NCBI GenBank assembly: GCA_030647355.1
Contig: JAUSIS010000006.1
Span: 26,221 to 90,220 of the forward strand
Origin: a bacterium
Lineage (GTDB): Bacteria; Patescibacteriota; UBA1384; VFKW01
DNA length: 64,000 bases
Direction: 5' to 3'
The translations under genes and the position numbers were made by a program. Position 1 is the first letter of the stretch. Every line of letters begins with the position of its first letter. This document shows positions 21,485-30,067 of the stretch, in pieces. The notes beneath the pieces were generated by a model, which ran no database searches, was not told where the DNA came from, and was given only the letters and a program-made list of their open reading frames with translations.

Positions 21485-21529
21485 AGCGTACTAGCCTCCG
21501 CCTCCGCAGCTGGCGGATGTGCTATGCCC
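21485..21529 (-). pseudogene. Duplicated 5' half of tRNA-Pro with TCCGCC...GGCGGA palindrome in the D-loop
   Basis: agcgtactagcc[tccgcctccgcagctggcgga]tgtgctatgccc vs tRNA agcgcactagcc[aac]tgtgctatgccc. Confidence 0.8.
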
Positions 21530-21543
21530 TGCAAGGTTTTTAT

Positions 21544-21695
21544 GGCTCTAATCGGGCTACAAATTGGCCCAGGTATGTGCTATTTGCTTTGAGCAAATAT
21601 GGTGGATGTTCTGTCTTCGACACCACAGTGCCGAAGAACAGCGAACTTCCATATGAATTGGTGTTGACCCAAAATGTAGCCGATTAATTAGAGCC
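21544..21695. repeat. About 150-nt structured element closed by imperfect inverted repeats
   Basis: ggctctaatcgggctaca ... tgtagccgattaattagagcc, with internal hairpins. Confidence 0.55.
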
Positions 21696-21731
21696 GAATT
21701 GATTATATAATTTCTCGAGTGCTACGGCAAG

Positions 21732-22334
21732 CTAAACAATTAACTGAACAATAGTTGTTACAATTGAAAATATAACTCCGGGGGCAAACGAAACTAGGAT
21801 GATGAGCCCAATCAGAAAAAACATTGAGTTAGCCTCAATGATTTCATAGGTGCGAGGGGGGGCCACTGCTCGTAGGATTTGCGATCCATCGAGTGGTGGC
21901 AGTGGAATAAGATTGAAGATGGCTAGGTATATATTAATAGTGATCGCTAAAATGAGAATTTGATAAAATATGTTTGTTTCCGGAATGAAGATGCGAACGA
22001 TGATGCCAAAAAAAATAGCAAGTAGGATATTACTAATGGGGCCAGAGAGAGAGGAAAGTAGTAGATCTCGATTTGGATTTCTAAAATTACGATCGTTTAT
22101 CGGAACTGGTTTGCCCCAACCAAAAGCAGGAAGCTTGAGTAGGATTAAGATGACTAACATGGTGGTGCCTATAGGATCCCAGTGCGCTAAAGGATTTAAA
22201 CTAATACGCCCTTCTAATCGGGCGGTAGGATCTCCTAGCCGGTTAGCCATCCAGGCATGCGACAATTCGTGGACAGAAAAACTCAAAAGTATTATGGCAA
22301 TTAAGACAATTGTGAAGCTAATAGTATAAGGCAT
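21732..22334 (-). CDS. Site-2 protease (M50 family)
   Basis: HELSH, GDPT, NLIPLPPLDG; hydrophobic. Confidence 0.92.
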   Translation of the reverse strand: MPYTISFTIVLIAIILLSFSVHELSHAWMANRLGDPTARLEGRISLNPLAHWDPIGTTMLVILILLKLPAFGWGKPVPINDRNFRNPNRDLLLSSLSGPISNILLAIFFGIIVRIFIPETNIFYQILILAITINIYLAIFNLIPLPPLDGSQILRAVAPPRTYEIIEANSMFFLIGLIILVSFAPGVIFSIVTTIVQLIV

Positions 22335-22423
22335 TGATATTTTCCCTTAGTTTTGGTATAATAATTTTGTTATCTTGATTAAATATAACAAATAGTAGTT
22401 GTAGTAACAATGGAGGATTTGAG

Positions 22424-22612
22424 ATGTTAGTTTGTCAAATTTGCAGTAAAATGCCGGTTAAGGCGGGGATTGGCAGGCACTTGCACTCCGGTAAATGGAG
22501 ACATAGAGGGCCGGAAACTAAAAGAACTGTGAAGCCGAATTTACAAAAATGGAATGGCTTAGTTTTGTGTACGCGGTGTATGCGTTCGATGAATAAAGAA
22601 AAAGTTAAGTAA
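22424..22612 (+). CDS. rpmB: 50S ribosomal protein L28 (zinc-binding type)
   Basis: CQIC...TKRTVKPNLQK...CTRC; GGAGG RBS. Confidence 0.85.
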   Translation: MLVCQICSKMPVKAGIGRHLHSGKWRHRGPETKRTVKPNLQKWNGLVLCTRCMRSMNKEKVK

Positions 22613-22623
22613 GATAATTCTTA

Positions 22624-22657
22624 AACAAAAAAACTCCTGAATAGGAGTTTTTTTGTT
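22624..22657. terminator. Bidirectional intrinsic terminator
   Basis: aacaaaaaaactcctgaataggagtttttttgtt between convergent genes. Confidence 0.8.
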
Positions 22658-22668
22658 TGCTACTTTAA

Positions 22669-22959
22669 TTATTCAGCAGCTTTGCGTTTTCCTCGTTCAG
22701 CTTCGAAACACTCGGCACAGAGAACGTTTTGAGGATCTCTAGGCTGGAAAGGAACCTGACCAGCTTTACCACAGTTTTTGCAAGTGATATCGTACATTCT
22801 ATCACTAGAACGTTTTTCTTCCTTGCGTTGTTTGCGGCATTCTGGGCAGCGGGTTGGGGAATTGGAAAAACCTTTTTCTTCGTAGAATTTCTGCTCGCCG
22901 GCAGTCCAGACAAAGTCTTTTCCACAGTCCTTACAAGTGAGGGTTTTATCTTCGAACAT
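22669..22959 (-). CDS. Zinc-ribbon protein with CxxC-x17-CxxC C-terminal domain
   Basis: MFEDKTLTCKDCGKDFVWTAGEQKFY...CPEC; second CKNC...VPFQP...CAEC. Confidence 0.88.
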   Translation of the reverse strand: MFEDKTLTCKDCGKDFVWTAGEQKFYEEKGFSNSPTRCPECRKQRKEEKRSSDRMYDITCKNCGKAGQVPFQPRDPQNVLCAECFEAERGKRKAAE

Positions 22960-23115
22960 GCTTACCTCTTTACAACTTTCCTAGGGCGTCGACCCGTCCC
23001 CGGGAGGCATTACTTATCTCTGCCTCAGAGGGTTTGATGTTTAGTCTCATTTGTAAGAATTTTGGTGATTTTCCAATTTCCAGATTTTGGAGAGCTAAAC
23101 TTACTAACCGCTTAA

Positions 23116-23144
23116 AGTATAGCACAATATTAAATAATAGTCAA
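23116..23144 (-). promoter_or_regulatory. Sigma70-type promoter for the zinc-ribbon gene
   Basis: Minus strand TTGACT-N17-TATACT with extended TG. Confidence 0.6.
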
Positions 23145-23318
23145 TGAAGCCTCTCGGGCTGAAGCCCGGAGTTTTCTTGTTCTGTGACATAGAAAGTCTT
23201 TGTTATTACCCCTAAGCCCAGGATCTTGTTTGTCGAGGTTTAGGTTGGCAGATAGGCTTGGAAATAATTAAACCCTCGGCTTTTATGAAAATGGTTTTCA
23301 TAGTATTATGGCATTGCT

Positions 23319-23996
23319 ATGGATTACAAAACTTTTTTAGCTAAGCAGTTTGATACCAAGCGAATTTCCCATGCCTACATGATCGTTGGGAAGTATTTTG
23401 ATGTTGAAGCGCTTGGTGACTATGTCTCTGGTTTATTAGGATGTTCCAGGGAAGATACGTTAAGAATTGAAGGATCTAATGGTATTGCGATACACGAAAT
23501 TAAGGTATTGAAACGGGAGCTTGGCTTTGTACCATTTAATAGTGATAGAAAAGTTGCTATAATTACTCCAGCTGATAATTTGACAGTTGAGGCACAGAAT
23601 GCACTGCTGAAAATACTTGAGGAACCTGCGGAAAAATCAGTGGTTTTACTAGTAGTTGAGCATGAAGATAGGATATTGCCGACTGTTGCCTCCAGATGTC
23701 AGCGTATCAGGATTATACCTGATCCTCTACTAATAAATGAGAAGATTCCATCGAGCCTAATTGAGGGGACAATGGGAATTAGAGATAGGTTTGATGTTGC
23801 ACAGACTTTGGCGGTGGACGACAAGGTAGCCAGAGTCCTTGACGGTTGGCTTATTGAGTTGGGTAATTTATTGGTTAATGAACCAAATAATAAGCATTTA
23901 TTAGGCCTGATACCAGAGGTTAATAAGGTTCAAAATATACTGAGGACTAATGCCAATACACGATTAGTTCTGGAGAACTTACTGTTGAGGTTTTAG
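23319..23996 (+). CDS. holB: DNA polymerase III delta-prime-like subunit
   Basis: SHAY, AQNALLKILEEP, ILPTVASRCQ. Confidence 0.82.
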   Translation: MDYKTFLAKQFDTKRISHAYMIVGKYFDVEALGDYVSGLLGCSREDTLRIEGSNGIAIHEIKVLKRELGFVPFNSDRKVAIITPADNLTVEAQNALLKILEEPAEKSVVLLVVEHEDRILPTVASRCQRIRIIPDPLLINEKIPSSLIEGTMGIRDRFDVAQTLAVDDKVARVLDGWLIELGNLLVNEPNNKHLLGLIPEVNKVQNILRTNANTRLVLENLLLRF

Positions 23997-24004
23997 GAGA
24001 TAAG

Positions 24005-24676
24005 ATGGGGATCTTAGGGATATCAATAATACTTTCAATTGCGGTGATTATTTTTATCGTTGCCCGGCGCTTACCTGATACGCGTTATGTAGAACAGCAT
24101 CCAAGATATAACAAGCCGTTTAGTTCACCATTTATCAGTAAAATAAGTGATTTTTTTCGGGGTGTTCTAGGTAAGTTGCCTATAATTAGAAGTAGAAACT
24201 GGAGAGGGGCAGATACAAAACCAGAAAGCGGTGAGCTGGAGAAAGAACTGAAGAAGCCTGAGGATAGAGATTTTTGGATTGAAAGCGGTGGTGATCCGAG
24301 CAGTCGTCTGAAGCCCGGTCTGGTTGTAAAAGCATATTTCGAGGAGGCAGAGGCGGCTTTTCAAGCGAAAGATTATCGCAAAGCAGAAGCATTATTTATA
24401 GAGATTGCAAAAGATCACCCCGGAGATGTAAAGGTATTTAACAGACTAGGTGTGATATATTTAGAGCAGAAGAATTACGAGGATGCCATAGAAGCATTCT
24501 CTACAGCCTTGAGATTTGATAAAACAGTTGCCAGCAGGTTTTATAATTTGGCTTTAGCGCATATTGGGCAGGGCAACTGCGCCGATGCAAAAAAAAATCT
24601 GAAAGAGGCACTTTTATTAACACCCGGGAATGAAAAGTATAAGAAGGTACTTGAACAAATCGAAAAAAAATGCTAA
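24005..24676 (+). CDS. Membrane-anchored TPR protein
   Basis: N-terminal TM; three TPR-like helical repeats (NRLGVIYLEQKNYEDAIEAF etc.). Confidence 0.8.
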   Translation: MGILGISIILSIAVIIFIVARRLPDTRYVEQHPRYNKPFSSPFISKISDFFRGVLGKLPIIRSRNWRGADTKPESGELEKELKKPEDRDFWIESGGDPSSRLKPGLVVKAYFEEAEAAFQAKDYRKAEALFIEIAKDHPGDVKVFNRLGVIYLEQKNYEDAIEAFSTALRFDKTVASRFYNLALAHIGQGNCADAKKNLKEALLLTPGNEKYKKVLEQIEKKC

Positions 24677-24798
24677 AATATTTTGAGGGCATTTTTTTAT
24701 ATAATGGGAGTTGTAACTTATAAAGTAACTGCTGAAGCGGGGGAATGTTTGCCTTGTATCAACGCAGTTTAGAGGTTAGGGTTTCTCATTGAGACTAT

Positions 24799-24821
24799 GC
24801 CGCCTTAGCTCAGTGGTAGAG
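24799..24821 (+). pseudogene. Duplicated 5' part of tRNA-Thr(TGT)
   Basis: gccgccttagctcagtggtagag identical to 24875-24897. Confidence 0.85.
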
Positions 24822-24874
24822 TCCCTCACCTTTTAATCTTACAAGTCATAAGGTTAGAGTTCTTCACAGGATAA

Positions 24875-24946
24875 GCCGCCTTAGCTCAGTGGTAGAGCAA
24901 CACTTTTGTAAAGTGAAGGTCCCGAGTCCGAATCTCGGAGGCGGCT
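24875..24946 (+). tRNA. tRNA-Thr(TGT) with non-canonical T-loop (TCCGAAT)
   Basis: GCCGCCT acceptor stem, anticodon loop TT-TGT-AA, T-stem CCGAG/CTCGG. Confidence 0.85.
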
Positions 24947-24961
24947 CTGAAAGGTGAGGGA

Positions 24962-24999
24962 TAAAGTGAAGGTCCCGAGTTCGAACCCCGGAGGCGGCT
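24962..24999 (+). pseudogene. Duplicated 3' half of tRNA-Thr(TGT)
   Basis: taaagtgaaggtcccgagttcgaaccccggaggcggct, 3 mismatches to 24909-24946. Confidence 0.85.
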
Positions 25000-25169
25000 C
25001 TGGTGAGGGGTAAATAGTAGATCGTAGGTTCAAATATTTCCATTGTCTTTGCTGATGAGATTATAGGGTTCAAGTCGCTTCTTTCGGCTTAAAATCGTAA
25101 ATTGAAGCCAACAGCGAACCAATTAACTGAGTATTGTTGTATGTTCGCTATTGGCAGTAGCTTAAGATA

Positions 25170-25253
25170 GCCGGGGTGGCGGAGCGGTCAATCGCACCTG
25201 ACTGTAAATCAGGCGGCCTAGTGTCTACGGGAGTTCGAATCTCTCCCCCGGCA
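25170..25253 (+). tRNA. tRNA-Tyr(GTA)
   Basis: Cloverleaf with long variable arm; CT-GTA-AA loop; GTTCGAAT. Confidence 0.95.
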
Positions 25254-25295
25254 CCGGAAGTGAGTTGCAGCTTATACTCTAACTCATTGATTTTT

Positions 25296-25368
25296 GCCGA
25301 TGTAGCTCAGTTGGTAGAGCAACTCCATGGTAAGGAGTAGGTCACCGGTTCAAATCCGGTCATCGGCT
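25296..25368 (+). tRNA. tRNA-Thr(GGT)
   Basis: GCCGATG...CATCGGC acceptor; AT-GGT-AA loop; GTTCAAAT. Confidence 0.95.
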
Positions 25369-25426
25369 CAAAGTTATTGACATAACTTTACTAAAACACC
25401 AGAGTTAATGATGATTGAGGAGAATA

Positions 25427-25591
25427 ATGGCTAAAAAAGAAAAAAGACAATTAATTACCTTGGCCTGTAGTAAGTGTCACGCAAGAAATTATCACACAGA
25501 AAAGAGCGTCTTGAATACCGTAGAGAGATTAGAAGTGAGTAAGTATTGCAGTAAGTGCCGTAGTCATGCGATGCATAAAGAGGCTAAGTAG
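25427..25591 (+). CDS. rpmG: 50S ribosomal protein L33 (54 aa, below ORF-track cutoff)
   Basis: Hand translation MAKKEKRQLITLACSKCHARNYHTEKS...RLEVSKYCSKCRSHAMHKEAK; GAGGAG RBS. Confidence 0.93.
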   Translation: MAKKEKRQLITLACSKCHARNYHTEKSVLNTVERLEVSKYCSKCRSHAMHKEAK

Positions 25592-25598
25592 GAGCAAT

Positions 25599-25673
25599 GG
25601 GGGCATAGTACAACGGTTAGTATGGCGGTCTCCAAAACCGCAGATTGAGGTTCGATTCCTCATGCCCCTGCCA
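25599..25673 (+). tRNA. tRNA-Trp(CCA) with encoded CCA end
   Basis: CT-CCA-AA anticodon loop, GGTTCGATTCC T-arm; follows rpmG. Confidence 0.94.
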
Positions 25674-25822
25674 AGAAAAGGTGAGGGACGATTCCTACAG
25701 CTCCTGCCAACAATGTGAGGGATGACTTCTTCCGCTCTTGTGAAATTAAGGGAAATTTTTCTATTATTTCTCTGGTCAGGAATTATATATAATAATCCCG
25801 ACAGCGCTAGTTAAGTTGTTAT

Positions 25823-25850
25823 TTGACAAAGAAATTGTGCTTGATATAAT
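25823..25850 (+). promoter_or_regulatory. Sigma70-type promoter of the pilus operon
   Basis: TTGACA-N16-TATAAT upstream of AGGAGG RBS. Confidence 0.7.
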
Positions 25851-25880
25851 TTATTTGTATTTGAACTATTAGGAGGGGTT

Positions 25881-26522
25881 ATGTTAAATGGCGAAACAGT
25901 TGCGCCTGTATCTGCTGGTAGTGCGAGTGCAGAGAACGGTGTAAAAGAAGTGTCCTCAAATCAAGAAGAAGCGAAGCAAGAAGATAAATCACCCGAAATT
26001 CAGTCAGTTAAAGTTACATCTGTTGGTTCTTTAGGCGCACTTGTATTGATTGCTACAGTGATCGCTCTTTTAGGAACGGGCGCATTATTTTTATATAAAA
26101 CTTCCAGAGCCAGTAAGTTGGTTCAAGAAGAGAAAAATTATAAGACGATTTCTGACCAGCTTAACTCGGCGGACTTAAAAAAACTTGCCGCTAATCTTCA
26201 AGAAGTTCAGCAAGGTCAAGAAAGTTTGACGACCGCTTTAAATCAGAAAGTATATTGGTCAAAGTTTTGGACTGTTTTGAGTAGCGTTACTCCAACAGCT
26301 GTTTATTATAATTCTCTTTCTATGGATTCAAATGGAGTAGTATCTTTAACGGGTTCGGCAAGTGATCTGTCAAGTATAGCTAAATTTATGGTTAGCCTGA
26401 AGAAATCTCCGGTTTTCAAAGATATTAAATTGGGGAATACATCAGTGAGAGAGAGTGGTGGGACGGTCAGCACGTTATTTTCGGCAACTTTTACTGTTAA
26501 TGCGGAAGAATTAAAAAAATAA
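25881..26522 (+). CDS. pilN: Type IV pilus alignment protein PilN-like
   Basis: TM, coiled coil, ferredoxin-like domain pattern (LSSVTP...SLTGSA...IAKFMVSL); pilus locus. Confidence 0.75.
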   Translation: MLNGETVAPVSAGSASAENGVKEVSSNQEEAKQEDKSPEIQSVKVTSVGSLGALVLIATVIALLGTGALFLYKTSRASKLVQEEKNYKTISDQLNSADLKKLAANLQEVQQGQESLTTALNQKVYWSKFWTVLSSVTPTAVYYNSLSMDSNGVVSLTGSASDLSSIAKFMVSLKKSPVFKDIKLGNTSVRESGGTVSTLFSATFTVNAEELKK

Positions 26523-26547
26523 CTAATAGATTATTGGAGGAGGGGTT

Positions 26548-27081
26548 ATGGGTAATAAATTTGTGCCTTTAGGTATAATAATTATCGCTATTTTGGCTTT
26601 GGTTACTATAAAACCTTATGCTTTTGAGGTTAGGGCGACTAATGCAAAAATACAGGCTTTTCGCGAGCAGACTAAACGCACTCAGGATAAGATTAATAAG
26701 TTAAATGATCTGAAACCGACACTTGAAGAGTATAAGACTAAGATTGACGATCTGCGTCTAGCTATGCCGGCATCCCAGCAGATACCGGAAGTGCTTGTGA
26801 TGGTGGAAGCTATCGCAAGGGATACGGGATTAACTATCTCCGGTTTAGATATCCAGCCTGGCTCAGATGAGGGGGAAGTAGGTGTCAATATGTCGGCGGT
26901 CGGGTCATATGATAATTTGTCTTACTTCACTGCTAAATTGGAAAAGAATCTTCGTCCAATCCGGATTAAAAGTATGAGTTTGAGTTCATCGGCGGGGGAT
27001 TCACAGCTATCGGTTGCGGTTAGTTATGGAATACAATATCAGGGAATTAATGATCAGCAAGTAGCTGAACAGATTGATTAA
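26548..27081 (+). CDS. pilO: Type IV pilus alignment protein PilO-like
   Basis: TM, coiled coil, MPASQQIPEVL, GSYDNLSYF. Confidence 0.8.
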   Translation: MGNKFVPLGIIIIAILALVTIKPYAFEVRATNAKIQAFREQTKRTQDKINKLNDLKPTLEEYKTKIDDLRLAMPASQQIPEVLVMVEAIARDTGLTISGLDIQPGSDEGEVGVNMSAVGSYDNLSYFTAKLEKNLRPIRIKSMSLSSSAGDSQLSVAVSYGIQYQGINDQQVAEQID

Positions 27082-27090
27082 AGGAGGATT

Positions 27091-27357
27091 ATGAATAAAA
27101 GTATTGAAATAACGTTTGGTTTCTTAGTTATAATTTTGGTGGTTGTTGGTTTTATAGTGGCGGGTGTTGCAACTTTTCCCAATAAAGATGAGATAGCTAA
27201 TGCCCGAACTGTGACCGATGAGCAAATCACAATGCCTCAGGATATTTCCACAATGAAAGTTCTTGATAAGATAAAAGACTTAGAGCGCAATGGAACTCTT
27301 CCTGTGGATGTGACTGCTGGCGAATTAGGCAGGGCCAATCCCTTTGCGCCGGTTTAA
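27091..27357 (+). CDS. Small membrane protein ending GRANPF (PilP N-terminus-like)
   Basis: Strong RBS; TM; RxNPF motif; between pilO and pilB. Confidence 0.6.
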   Translation: MNKSIEITFGFLVIILVVVGFIVAGVATFPNKDEIANARTVTDEQITMPQDISTMKVLDKIKDLERNGTLPVDVTAGELGRANPFAPV

Positions 27358-27383
27358 TCGGTAGTGTGATGGAAAAGTAATGT

Positions 27384-29909
27384 TTGTGGGATAGTTTAAT
27401 GGTAGATAGCAACATGTCCAATAATTCAGTGCATACTGCTGGTGTGCAGAATCATTTTATTGACACATTGGTCAACCTTGGTTTTGTCGACAGAAAAAAA
27501 TTGGATGGATTTGAATCGAAGAGTGAAGCTGAGATTGTCAAATTCATTGCTAATGGAATTTGTACCACAGAGCAGATTGCTCAAGCTTTCAGTACATATT
27601 ATGGTTTACCTTTTGTGCGGATTAAAGGACGCTCAGTTGATCCTAATGTACTGAAGCTAATTTCTAAAGAAGATGCTAAGACCTATCAGATTATTGCTTA
27701 TGGTCTAACAGATAAGAATCTTGAAATAGGTATAGGAAACCCGACTATTTTACAGGGCCAGCCCCCGGCTGCCCTGACTAAACTTGCTTCTGAGGGGTAT
27801 AGCACAACTCTATCAATCATTCCTGAAGACGAAATAGAATGGGCACTTAATTTATATTCTTCAGATAGTACTTTGCTACTAAATAGTGCAAGCAATATCT
27901 CCCAACCGAGTCAATCGGGTATGAGTGTTAGCCAGAGCGGTACGCAAGGAAGCGCGCCTTTTGTTGATTTAACCAAACTTACTATTCCAAAAGAAGTTTT
28001 GATGAAGTTTCCTAAAGAAGTGGCGGAAAAATATAACATGGTTGTATTTGACACAGAACCTCCAATTAATGTAACTAAAGCGTCTAAGAAGATTAAAGTA
28101 GCTCTATTGGGTCCTGAAGATTCTCAGGCAAGAGAGATTCTAGAGTTTATTAAGAGAAGAAATAATTTAGAGGTAGAGAAATATAAGTGTAATCAAGAGG
28201 GGTTGACTAAGTCATTGAGCGGTTATGAGCCAGTAATTCCTTCCCATCCGCTTGAGCAACAAGCTAAGCCTGAGCTGAAAAAGGATGCGGGTGATAAGGA
28301 AGAAGAAAAAAAAGACGAAATTGGTAAAAAAGATGAAGATAATAAACCCAAAATAAACCAAGATGAGCCTAAAGTAATTTCTGAAGTACAAGTGCATGAA
28401 GAGAATCTTTCAAGTGATAAAAAAATTGGCCAGATGCAAGAGATTGCATCTTCTGTACTTAAGCCAGAGGCGGCGCGGCTGAAAGAAGGATTGGCGACTC
28501 CTTATAGCCCGCCACCTAGCAGTTCTTCCGCTTTGTCAGATAACGAGAGTGATACTAAGGCAGAAGTAGTGCCCGAGGTTAAGTCTGAAGATATTGATAC
28601 TAAAGCTGGATTGCAATCTGGGGCGGACGTGGATAGCGGCAATATGGAAGAGAATAATTTGGATAAATTCTTGTCGCGTCCGGTGGATAAACTAGAAGAT
28701 TTAGAGTCGGTTATTAAGGCGGGTATGATACCGGAAATTGTAGCGGCGATGGTGAGTTTAGGTATTGTAATGGAGATTAGTGATATACATATTGAAGCAA
28801 CAACGGAAAATCTACGTTTGCGTTATAGAATTGACGGTATTTTGAAGGATATTATCAAGATGCCTTTGTCGCTTCATGCGCCGCTTGTGTCCAGAATAAA
28901 AATATTATCAAAACTAAAAATTGACGAGCAGCGCGTGCCTCAAGATGGACGGTTTAATGTGATTGCTAGGAAGCATGAGATCGATCTTCGTGTTTCTACT
29001 TTACCAACTGTACATGGAGAAAAAGTCGTCATGCGTATTTTGGATAAAAGCGTAGGTATTCTGACGCTAGAAGATATGGGTATTACCGGAGTGGGTTTTG
29101 ATGTTGTTGCTAAAAATATAAAGAAACCTTATGGAGTTATTTTGGCAACTGGTCCAACCGGGTCTGGAAAATCTACTACTCTCTATGCAATTTTACAGAG
29201 GATCTCAACTACCGCTGTCAATGTTATTACCCTCGAGGATCCCGTGGAGTATGAGATTTCCGGTATTAATCAAACCCAAGTTAAGCCTCAGATTGGTTTT
29301 ACTTTTGCCGAAGGACTGAGGGCGGTTCTAAGGCAGGATCCAAATATTATAATGGTGGGGGAGATTCGTGATTTAGAAACTGCAGCGATGGCGACGCACG
29401 CTGCTCTAACTGGTCATTTGGTGTTGTCTACATTACACACTAATGATTCGGCTGGCGCTTTGCCGCGTCTTATTAATATGGGGGTTGAGCCATTTTTAAT
29501 TACTTCTTCGGTCAATTGTATTATTGCCCAACGTTTAGTGCGAAAAGTGTGTCCTAAGTGTAAAGCAAAAGTAGAGTTGCCGGAGGCATTAATCGAGGAT
29601 ATATTGAAGGAAATTTCCAAAATTTCCGATACGAAAATCGCTGCTATGAAAAAAAATGATTTGATTTTTTATCATGGCTCGGGTTGCTCTGAATGTACCA
29701 ATGGCTATCATGGGAGAATAGGTATATACGAGGTCTTGGAGATGAACGAGAAGATTGAGGAACTGGCAGTGTCTAAGCAGCCGGCTAGCGCGATATTGGA
29801 GCAGGCGTGTAAAGATGGCATGGTTACTATGAAGCAGGATGGGATTTTGAAGGCATTGAAGGGTATTACGACTATGGATGAAGTATTGCGTGTTACATCT
29901 AGCGATTAG
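27384..29909 (+). CDS. pilB: Type IV pilus extension ATPase PilB/GspE with duplicated N-domain and long linker
   Basis: GPTGSGKST, TLEDPVEY, LRQDPNIIMVGEIRD, CPKC/CSEC (start may be 27399). Confidence 0.93.
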   Translation: MWDSLMVDSNMSNNSVHTAGVQNHFIDTLVNLGFVDRKKLDGFESKSEAEIVKFIANGICTTEQIAQAFSTYYGLPFVRIKGRSVDPNVLKLISKEDAKTYQIIAYGLTDKNLEIGIGNPTILQGQPPAALTKLASEGYSTTLSIIPEDEIEWALNLYSSDSTLLLNSASNISQPSQSGMSVSQSGTQGSAPFVDLTKLTIPKEVLMKFPKEVAEKYNMVVFDTEPPINVTKASKKIKVALLGPEDSQAREILEFIKRRNNLEVEKYKCNQEGLTKSLSGYEPVIPSHPLEQQAKPELKKDAGDKEEEKKDEIGKKDEDNKPKINQDEPKVISEVQVHEENLSSDKKIGQMQEIASSVLKPEAARLKEGLATPYSPPPSSSSALSDNESDTKAEVVPEVKSEDIDTKAGLQSGADVDSGNMEENNLDKFLSRPVDKLEDLESVIKAGMIPEIVAAMVSLGIVMEISDIHIEATTENLRLRYRIDGILKDIIKMPLSLHAPLVSRIKILSKLKIDEQRVPQDGRFNVIARKHEIDLRVSTLPTVHGEKVVMRILDKSVGILTLEDMGITGVGFDVVAKNIKKPYGVILATGPTGSGKSTTLYAILQRISTTAVNVITLEDPVEYEISGINQTQVKPQIGFTFAEGLRAVLRQDPNIIMVGEIRDLETAAMATHAALTGHLVLSTLHTNDSAGALPRLINMGVEPFLITSSVNCIIAQRLVRKVCPKCKAKVELPEALIEDILKEISKISDTKIAAMKKNDLIFYHGSGCSECTNGYHGRIGIYEVLEMNEKIEELAVSKQPASAILEQACKDGMVTMKQDGILKALKGITTMDEVLRVTSSD

Positions 29910-30067
29910 TGCCCGATTTGATTATTGGTAAAAAAGATTTACAATATATATAGTGATTTAATTAATATAATATTCCGATTCGCTTGCCGTTTGCAAACTA
30001 ATGCAGATAGAGGGGAATCGGGTAAAGGTCGTCCGGCTATTTGGCAGGACTGACCACAGGAGGGATT

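Noticed and set aside
23146-23176. IS200/IS605-like end hairpin (gaagcctctcgggctgaagcccggagttttc)
   Set aside because: Single short hairpin with no tnpA/tnpB and no partner end; insufficient evidence.
24822-24961. Group I or canonical tRNA intron in tRNA-Thr
   Set aside because: No group I core is visible, and precise removal would leave a tRNA missing 11 nt including most of the anticodon.
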